Source: Lama guanicoe (Eukaryota). From it: DNA of 20,000 nucleotides. The notes beneath the pieces were generated by a model, which worked only from the letters and a program-made list of their open reading frames with translations, did no database searches and was not told the origin of the DNA. The position numbers and the translations under genes were made by a program. Of this stretch, positions 11,851-20,000 are shown in pieces; position 1 is the stretch's first letter; every line of letters begins with the position of its first letter. Where the stretch lies: the NCBI GenBank assembly GCA_013239625.1, contig MU053475.1:78450-98449 (forward strand), written 5' to 3'.

Positions 11851-13537
11851 TTAATTTCAGAGTACTACAAAATATTTTGTTTTTCCTGGGTTCTTTTCTT
11901 CAATGTTTTTCCCATATACATGCATATTTTACTATACTATATGCCTATAATCTCCTTAAAATCAGTTAAATTATTAAAATATTTCTCTGTGCTGTAAATA
12001 TAGCCCTGTTCCTTCTCTAATTTATAACTAATAGCTTGCACATTTCTGTCTTCTATATCCAACTTCCCTGTTCCCAGAGGAAACCACTACTTGGTACACT
12101 ACACATATATATGTGATTCTGTCTCTGTTTTTTATGATTATTTCTCTTATATCTTTAGTTTCCTCATGTAAGATCATGTAAGTGATAACGTAGAGTGTTT
12201 TTCTCTGTATGACTTATTTTCCTATGTGCAACACACTCTGGGTCCAGTCACATTACTCAGGATGGCAGAATTTTATTTTTTGATATGAAAATGACTAAGT
12301 ATTTATTACATTATCTATATCTCACGTCTACTACAGACAATCATCTGTTGATGAGCAGTTGAGTTGTGCATCTATCCTTGGCTATTATAAATGATGATGT
12401 TAAGAACATTTGGGGTAATATGTACTTTAAAATTAATGTTTTCATTTTTTTCAGATTTATACCAAAACCTGGAATTGCTGCAACATATAATGCTTATATT
12501 TCTACCTTTATTGGGCACTGTCCACACTTTTATAATAGTGGAGGCATCAATTTATATTTCCACCAAATGTGTACCTAAGTTCCCTTCTATCAACATTCTT
12601 ATAAATGTTTGTCCTTTGAAGACTTTTTTATTAGCCATTTTGGTAGCTGTGAGAATATATTTCATTCTGGTTTTGATTTACAATTTCCTAATGAATATCA
12701 ACGTTATGTTTCTTTTTATGTGCATGAAAATCATCCACATGTCTGTTTTTGAAAAGCTTCCATGAATATCCTTAAACTGTTTTTAAGTTGGGGTCTTTGA
12801 TTTTTAAATAATGTGTCTAATATACTATATATATATTATTGATATTAACAAAATGTTGGTTTCATTGTCTCAAACTCTTTCTTTTCTGTTTTGTAATAAG
12901 TATTGCTGAAGGTTTCCTTTGCTCTGCAAAAGATTTTGCACTTCACCCTTTTACAAGAAGTGGAATCCCTGTATCACATAGTATATCAATTTTTTCCACA
13001 GTAAACTAAAAACTGTTATTGTCAGTTTTCCTTATTTTTCACTTAGGAGATAGAAGAAAAATAAATATTGGTATGATTTATCTCAAAGTCAGTTCTGCTC
13101 CTGTTCTTGGTCAGAAATTGTATAGTTCCAGGTTTTACATTTAGGAAATTAATCAATTTTTATCTTATTTTTATATTATGGAAGGAAGTGCTCTTACATC
13201 TTCCATTTACATGTACTGTCCAGTTTTCCCAGAACTACTTGTTGAAGAGACTGCCTTTTTTCCATTGTATACTCTTGCCCCCTTCATTGTAGACTAATTG
13301 ACCATATGTGTGTGGGTTTATTTTAGGACTCTTTATTTGTTCCATTGATCTGTGTGTCTCTTTTAGTGCCATATTTTGATGTTTTCATTACTATAACTTT
13401 GTAGTATGTTCTAAAGTCAGGGAGGATAATAACCACAGCTTTGTTCATTTTTCAAAGAAAATTTTAGAAAATTTGGCTCTTTCATATTTTGAATAGATTT
13501 TAGTATATTTCTCCTTGTTTTGTGAAGTAACTTATGG
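11851..13537 (-). mobile_element. 5'-truncated LINE-1 (L1-D): ORF2 C-terminal part plus 3'UTR
   Basis: It is homologous to L1-A positions 1-770 on the same strand: TTAGCCATTTTGGTAGCTGTGAG...TTTTGATTTACAATTTC at 12631 corresponds to positions 51-110, and TGTTCCATTGATCTGTGTGTC at ~13338 to ~702. The 3'UTR-type AAATATTTCTCTGTGCTGTA near 11977 mirrors the L1-B 3'UTR. Confidence 0.88.
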
Positions 13538-15956
13538 CTTCTGTGAGAATAGAAATTTACTTGAAGAAAAAACCTGGGAAAAATAATAAAGTGTGGAGGA
13601 TAAATCATACAATATTAAACAACAAATGGATTGCTATATAAATAAAAAAATATATATGAAAATATAACTACAAAAAAATTCCATGGGGTATAGCAAAAGT
13701 AGTATTAACAGGGATGCTTATAGTAAAATAATCCCACTTATACAAATAAGATACATCTCTGTCTTTTAACATAATCTTACAAACAAAAGATGTAGCAAAA
13801 TAATAAACTCATTATTAGACGGAAAGACATCTGAAAGGTCAGAATATAAATAAATAAAATACACATTAAAAATAGAAACATCTAATCAAACTAAATAATG
13901 GCTTTTGAAAGAAAAGTAAAATTGATAAACTTTTACCAGACTCATCAGCAAAATAATCAGTACAGATTAATAAGCTAAAAAATGAATAAGAAGTTACAGC
14001 TTATATCAAAGTAACACAAAGCATCATAATAAGATACAAAAAAATACATAACAATTCATATGTAAACCATAGAAGAAATGGACTATTTGTTAGAAAGACA
14101 TAATCTTCCTGATGGAATGAGAAACAGAAAATATGAACAGATTATCACTAATGAAATTGAATATGTAATTAAATAAATCTCCCAAGAAACAAAATTCCAG
14201 GCCTAGACAGCTTCACAGGTGACTTCTGCCAAACATTTAGAGAAGAGCTATCACCTATACTTCTCAGAGAATTCCAAAAATTTGCAGAGGAAGGAAGGCT
14301 TCCTACCCCAATATTCTGTATCACACTACTACTAAAACTGGAACAAATACCACATAAAAATGCAGGTTAAATACTACTGATAAGCATAGATGCAAAAATC
14401 AACACTAAAATTTTAGCAAAGCAAACAATACATAAAAAGGATTATAAATTATGAATAATTCCATTTATTCCAGGGATGCAAATGTGATTCATTATTAACA
14501 AATTAATTAATATGATATACACCTAACCAATTGAAGAATAAAAATTATATGGTCACCTCAAAAGAATCATATTATATTTAGGCCAATTCAGTATCTATTT
14601 ATGATTATATTCCTCCTCAAAATGGGCATAAGGAAACATACCTCAACACACTTAAGGTCATATATGACCAACAACTCAGGTAACATGACTCTCATTGATT
14701 AAAAGCTGAAAGAATCTCCTTTAAGAGCAGGAAGAAGGCAAGAATGCTCACTCTTACTACTTTTATTCAGTATCGTATTGGAAATTCTAGCCATAGCTCT
14801 CCAAAATAAATATAAATATAATATAGTGAATTAAGAAAAGGAGTAGAAGTATCTGTATGCAGATGACATAATTTAAATTGAAATCCTAAAGATGACGCCA
14901 CAGAACTACTAGGGCTTACCAATGCATTTGGCAAAATTTCAGAATGTAAAATTAACATACAGAAATCTTACATTCCTACATACTAACAACAAGTTAACAG
15001 ATAGAAAAATTGAGGGAACTGTCTCATTTACTGTTGCATTCCCAAAAAAAATAATCAAAAATATATCCAATCGAGGAGGTAAAAACCTGTACTCAGAACA
15101 CTATAAAATATTTATAACAGATATTGAAGATAATGCAAACAGATGAAAGGATATATTCTGTTCATAGATTAGGAAAACAATATTGTTTAAATGACAGTAG
15201 TAGACAACAAAATACACAAATTAAATTCAGTCCCTATTAGAATATCTAGTGCATTTTCAGACAATTACAAAAAATAATTATTAAATTAACATGTAAACAG
15301 AAAAGAGTTGAAATCACTAAAAAAAAGAAAAGAAAACAAACAAACTATAAAGCCAAACAACTTTGACAAAAACAAAGAGGATGTATCACTGTTCCTGATT
15401 TTACACTATAATACAAAGCTACAGTAATGTATATGGTAGTGTCACAGAACAAATAGAATAATGGAACACAACGGAATGCCAAAATATGACATCAGACAGT
15501 TATGGTCATTTAGCCCATTACTAAAATGAATATACAGTAGGGGAATGGGAACCAACAGGAACATGAAATCGGGTCAACATCACTCACCATCAGAAAAGTG
15601 CAACTCCAAAACACAATGAGATTTTATGTCAGTCCTGTCATAATGATTATTATCAAAAAGATAACAAATATGTGTTGGTGGGGATGTAAGAAAAAGAACC
15701 CTGATGCACTGATTGAAAGAATGTAAATTTGTGTGGCCACTGTGGAAAACAGTATGTAGTTTTATCTAAAAATTAAAAATGAAATATGATCCAACATTTC
15801 TATATTTCGATACTTATTCCAAGAAAATTAAAACACTAATCAGAGAAGATATAGTCAGTCCTATATTCACTGTGGCATTATTTAAAATAGCCAGGATATA
15901 GAAGCAAATTAATTGCTCATCAATGGATGATGTATAAAGAAGAAATGTGTTTATAG

Positions 15957-15992
15957 TATATATATATATCGACCCATCTATTAACTAAAGAT

Positions 15993-16056
<64 letters not shown>

Positions 16057-16080
16057 AATATATATATATATGTATATTTA
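15957..16080. repeat. Compound microsatellite (TA)n...(TATC)8(TA)n(CA)n...(TA)n in L1-E
   Basis: Perfect TATC x8 at 15994-16025, then TA and CA runs, at the TATATA site L1s typically carry just before ACAATGG(A/G). Confidence 0.93.
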
Positions 16081-16382
16081 TTATTATGTACAAACACACA
16101 TAAAAATACAATGGGGTATTACTCAGCTCTAAAATGAATAATTTCTTGCCATTTGCAACGAATTGGTAGACTAAGAGGGTTATATGCTAAGGGAAATAAT
16201 TCAGACAGAGAATGACACATGCTGAATTGTTTTACTCATAATTGGAATTTAAAGCAAATGAACACAACAAAACAGAAAAGGAGTTACACATAAAGAAAGA
16301 AAGAGGTTGTTCAAAAAAAGGAGGGAAATGTGGTGAAGAAAAAGAAATAGTTGAGGAAAATTAAGAGAGAAAATTTTCAATT

Positions 16383-16458
16383 TGCAAAATAATGAGTCAG
16401 TGACAAAAAATGTACTGTAATGCAAATTAAATGAGTCAGTGACAAAAATTGTACTGTA
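16383..16458 (+). repeat. ~38 bp tandem duplication (2 copies) in the L1-E 3'UTR
   Basis: TGCAAAATAATGAGTCAGTGACAAAAAATGTACTGTAA (16383-16420) is followed by TGCAAATTAAATGAGTCAGTGACAAAAATTGTACTGTA (16421-16458). Confidence 0.92.
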
Positions 16459-17014
16459 TGGGGAATAGTCAATAACAATGAAATATCTTTAAATAGCAAC
16501 ATAACAGAACTAGATTTATTCTTATTTCAGTTTGAAACATATTAAATATAGAAAAGAGTATGTTGTGTAAGAGAAACTAACACAGTGTTATACATTAATG
16601 TACACTTCAAAAACAAAGAAACATACATATAGAAAAAAGATTACATTTGTAGTTAACAGAGGCAGGGGTTGGGAAAGGAGAATTTAATTAATGCACTCAA
16701 AAGCTACAAACATCCAGTCGTAAAATAAATCTGTTGTGGAAATGCCCCATAGTAACATGAAAATTACAATTAATACTGCTTTATGTTCTATATGAATGTT
16801 GCTAAGAGAGTAGACCATAAGTTTTCTCATCACAATCAAAGACAAATTGCATTTCTTTAAAATTGTATCTAAATGAGATAATGAATACTCCCTTAAATTG
16901 CTATGATATTTCATTCATGATAGTTGTAAATCAAATCACTGTCCTGTGCACCTAAACTTTCACAATGTTTTATGTCAGTTGTATTTCAATAAAAGCGGAA
17001 GAAAAAATGGAAAG

Positions 17015-17413
17015 TCAATGGTAATTATTTCCCATGTCATTTCTCATGATTGCTTATGTAGCAAGTAAACTTGAGTCATGATATACTTATCCTAGGTAAA
17101 GATACTAATAAATAAGTGATTCTAATAAATTATTCATAAAGGTAATATTAAAATTAGTGTTTTACCATGCCTTAAACTTTCTTCATGTTAATAGCCCACT
17201 GTTTCTGAAGGCAACAAAATTTCATTTCGTGTATTCATCTGAGATTAGGGAATGGATACAAATTTAATAATGGCTGCTCTTGCTGTGAGTGATAAAGTTC
17301 ACTGTCTCTGAATGATGGTCTCATCTCCCCGACAGCATCTGTAAGAAATGATCATGCTAGGTTGCTAAAAATCTCAGCATGGTAAAACCTCTGAACTCCT
17401 ACAATTATTAACT
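17015..17413 (+). mobile_element. Degraded LTR of a class III (ERVL-type) element, possibly MER54/MER74-like; family not confirmed
   Basis: TGGCTGCTCTTGCTGTGAGTGATAAAGTTCACTGTCTCTGA...GTCTCATCTC...CAGCATC...GGTAAAACCTCTGAACTCCTACAATTATTAAC resembles the remembered 3' half of these LTRs, with the poly(A) signal decayed to GATAAA at 17291-17296. A PBS-like motif and pol remnants follow. The 5' boundary is uncertain. Confidence 0.65.
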
Positions 17414-19000
17414 GTTTTGCAGTGGGGATGCAATATTGACAAAGACTTGATTTTGGATAACATTGTGGTGTTTTCTCATGGTTTAATTAGGGGATGTGTA
17501 GATAATGCCAGAGATCCAAAACAAACATTCTTGCTCAAGTACTGGGCAAAGATGTGTAAAGGTTCTGCATTATTAGGACTGAGGACTGCTTTCAAAATTA
17601 TGACTACGCTCACTCCATTCCAGGTAGTCCAAGGAAAGAAACGTTACTGCAATTTGTAGTTGAACGGACTAAGTCAGTGGTTCAGTCTCTATAAATTAGT
17701 CAATGGGTGTTCAAAGCCAAAATAAGTTATGTCAACAATGAGAATTAAAAGAAAAAGAACTTGAATATATGCTTAAATTAATAAGAGACACAGTCCTGTG
17801 CTGGGCTCTGGGGACTGGAGAATGTATATGCCTCAGTCCAATTCAAGGGTTCAGCGGCCTGGCCCAAGCATCAGCTCGGGATTCAACAAACAGGTAACAA
17901 ATTGTATACTGGGAGAAATATAATCTACCTCTCCCTGATCGGAAGAAAATCTGGTAGCTCAATGAAACTCTTAATTCACAGAGATTCTGCCAGATGCAGA
18001 GGAATAATTCACTGATGACTCAGCTAAGAAAAACTTAGTTACTGCTTAACAATCCATCTTCACACACACACAGTGGTAGGCAGATTTGTAGTATTTAGTG
18101 GGAAGAATTCAGTCGGCAGAGCTCATAATAATTTTCAAAGCACAACCCCACTTTTGTAATTTTGCCAATAGTCTAGATTTCCCAGGTAGAAAACCACAGA
18201 TGGACAAACAAAATTCTTCCTTAGAATATCTAATTTTGAAAGTAAACTGCAGCTTTTGACTTATCAGTATAGAACCCTGTTAAGATGATCATGGTAAGAC
18301 CCACTGACTGAAAAGAGAGCTGGAAACTAGCTATTGAACCAACCCATCTGAGCCCCAGAATGCTAATGTAAGCAACAACATAGCCACCATCAGATCTGAG
18401 TTGACAAATATAAAAGTTTGATGTTTCTGTTGTAGGAACAACCACTGCTGTCCAGACACAGTTCTCCTGCTGCAAGTGGTCTCTTTTCTTCTCTTGGTAA
18501 AGGTCATATTGTTGGGATATTGCTAGAGATTACCCTGACCCATTTGCCCATTCTCCATATTATCAAAGGCTTTCTTCACAACTGATGACACATTTTCAGG
18601 ACACAAAGTGCCAATCCATTATTATCAGCTGACACTGGCTGCATGATTGTGAGCAGAAGCCTAAGTCTCCCTGACATTGCCTACAATTTTTCCAGCATTC
18701 CAGTGAATTTTACATTCTGAAAATGCTTCACATTTTATTTTAAATTAATGGGAAATTGTCAAATCTTCCACAAATATTTCATATTTCTTAATATCTGCAG
18801 AAATTTGGTATTCTTGCAGTTGAACAAATTTTTAATTCCACAAACCTCACCTCCTTCTAGTCCTCACATATAAGATTGCAACTTTGTTACTGAATATGAC
18901 CACCATATACAAGGGTCTAGTACCTTAAAGATACTCCCTTGGTGAAGGTTAGAAGGGGGAAGGTTTTGTGGGTTGTACAAAGGTTCATTAAATATTTGCA
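17414..19000 (+). pseudogene. ERVL-type internal region remnant with RNase H and integrase core fragments
   Basis: In one frame, *FTDDSAK (18005-18028) and QSAEL (18110-18124) match ERVL RNase H WFTDGSA...QWAEL. ANSL and *KTTDGQTK (~18187) follow. Integrase-like DYPDPF (18528-18545) and FTTDDTFSGH (18575-18604) match WQ.DYIGPL...LT.IDT(Y/F)SGY, then SADTGCMIV. The order RNase H then integrase is correct. The extent beyond ~18700 is uncertain. Confidence 0.72.
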
Positions 19001-19164
19001 ATGGCACTGTCTCTTCTGTAAAAAGCTCTGATTCTAAGAAGTAAATTAAATAGAAGTCAGTAAAGTAATTGGTATGGGAAGAATTTCAGCTATTTTGGGG
19101 TGGGTGGGTGATGAAGAGACAGGGAAAAAACCAACAAATTAGAATGGAATGCTTTAGTCCTCTG

Positions 19165-19320
19165 GAGGCATGAATTAAGAAGAAACTTATATATTGTCTC
19201 CTGGACCTGCCTCCAATTACTGTTTTGAATGACTAGTCCTTGGGCTATGAAACGAGCTACTTTGTGATGAAGAGTAAAGAGCATAACGAAATATTTTGAA
19301 AACAATGAGAGTTTTGTTGT
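19165..19320 (+). mobile_element. Probable MIR-family SINE relic
   Basis: TCCTGGACCTGCCTCCAATTACTGTT...CCTTGGGC and TTGTGATGAAGAGTAAAGAGCATAACGAAATATTTTGAAAAC resemble the MIR core and 3' end. Highly diverged. Confidence 0.45.
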
Positions 19321-19357
19321 TTCAGGAAAGTAGATTTTGCTTAAAGTCAACATGTAT

Positions 19358-19860
19358 TTTTCATTCACTAAATACTAAAATACATCCTGTGGCATGTGCT
19401 GTGCTTACTGTCCTGGTATCCAAGTTAGACAAGGAAGGGGGGATAGACAGAAAATATCTGGAGGAGGTGATTTCTGTGCTGACACTGGGAAAGTGTAAGT
19501 AGGTAAAAGGAGGAAACCCAAATTCCATGGATGAGCTGGAGCAAAAGTGTTGAGTTTGCAACTTAAATTGATGACAAGCATTTGCCCGGATGTATCTCTA
19601 GATACAGTGAAATGTAAGGATATGCCAAGGTAGTCAGTTGCCAGATTTATAAATAAGTGACTAAATTAAATTAAATTTCTGGGCTAAGAGTTGGTAAGGC
19701 ATTAAGTGCCACCCTGAGGATGTAAGATTGTATTTGGCTGGAACATAAAGGCAAAATAAAGTATTGACTAGAAAATATAGTGTAGACTCTTGAGGGCAGG
19801 AAATGAAAGCACCAATTGGAATGCTTTGAGAACAGCACAAAGAAGATCATAGATAAAATT
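19358..19860 (-). mobile_element. Probable LINE-2 3'-end relic
   Basis: TTCATTCACTAAATAC...GTGCTGTGCT resembles the antisense L2 terminus. CTGGAGGAGGTGATTTCTGTGCTGA...GTAAGTAGG...ATTCCA...GCAAAAG and GAGGGCAGGAAATGAAAGCACCAATTGGAATGCT follow in the order expected for antisense L2. Confidence 0.55.
19634..19680. mobile_element. Possible short MER53-like hAT DNA transposon end
   Basis: CAGTTGCCAGATTTATAAATAAG...TAAATTAAATTTC resembles the remembered MER53 terminus (GGGTTGCCAGATTTAGCAAATAAAA...TTAAATTTGAATTTC). It covers only ~45 bp and no second TIR is seen. Confidence 0.3.
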
Positions 19861-20000
19861 ACTTCTTAAATTCTACCACATGCTGAATGTGCCATCTGAG
19901 TCTACATCATGTGAGCTTTATGATTCCAGGGATGACATAATACAGACCATAATCCCTGGGCCGGTTCCTGCATTTATTTCCAGTTCCAACCTATCCTAAC

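Larger units (their letters stand above)
13538..17007 (+). mobile_element. LINE-1 (L1-E): ORF2 from the end of the endonuclease through RT, Cys domain and a long 3'UTR with poly(A) signal; inactive
   Basis: It starts at MRLEIN-like GTGAGAATAGAAATT. CCAGGCCTAGACAGCTTCACAGGTGACTTC (PGPDGF-like) is at ~14197. Intact YADD codons (TAT GCA GAT GAC) are at 14856-14867, and the Cys domain is at ~15570-15700. AATAAA at 16988-16993 is followed by AGCGGAAGAAAAAA. Confidence 0.92.

Noticed and set aside
16383..16458. CRISPR-like repeat of ~38 bp
   Set aside because: Two abutting copies with no spacer, in mammalian L1 DNA, and no cas genes.
17417..17659. 80 aa plus-strand ORF as gag or a host gene
   Set aside because: It has a non-ATG start overlapping the PBS-like motif and no gag motif. 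It is probably a chance ORF in leader sequence.
18016..18024. ARE/NF-E2-like motif TGACTCAGC
   Set aside because: It coincides with the RNase H FTDDSA codons, and a single short motif is expected by chance.
18005..18189. APOBEC3 hypermutation suggested by Trp-to-stop changes (TAA at 18005, TAG at 18187)
   Set aside because: Only two sites, and other presumed Trp codons changed by non-G-to-A routes (TCG at 18113). Ordinary decay explains it.
18230..18475. Minus-strand ORF with RWVGSIASFQLSFQSVG, reminiscent of bornavirus nucleoprotein (WVGS...FESPG), i.e. a possible endogenous bornavirus-like element
   Set aside because: Only a 4-residue match plus weak context, and other N-protein motifs are not at the right spacing. 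The opposite strand is better explained by ordered ERVL RNase H and integrase motifs. A tBLASTn with bornaviral N would settle it.
17700..19400. Possible olfactory, vomeronasal or taste receptor pseudogene, or host exons
   Set aside because: No MAYDRYVAIC, PMLNP or other receptor motifs were found in the frames I translated (mainly 17700-18750), and there is no convincing exon structure.

Overview
AT-rich mammalian genomic DNA made almost entirely of decayed retroelements. The young L1 resembles camelid L1 as I recall it, but this was not searched. Positions 1-17007 (~85%) hold five LINE-1 pieces in alternating orientation. They are a 5'-complete minus-strand L1 (L1-A, 1-5916), a plus-strand ORF2/3'UTR (L1-B, 5917-9716), an older minus-strand 5'UTR+ORF1 (L1-C, 9717-11760), a minus-strand 3' fragment (L1-D, ~11851-13537) and a plus-strand ORF2/3'UTR (L1-E, 13538-17007). 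Next comes a heavily eroded class III (ERVL-type) LTR element with LTR, degenerate primer-binding site, RNase H and integrase remnants that the ORF track misses (~17015-19000). Probable MIR and L2 relics follow. There are two N gaps and several microsatellites. I found no intact host gene, RNA gene or CRISPR array, and no convincing new biological system. The best leads are the compact ERVL remnant, the nested L1 stack, and an antisense 143-codon ORF in the L1-A 5'UTR positioned like primate ORF0. Family assignments come from remembered consensus motifs, not database searches, and boundaries are approximate.
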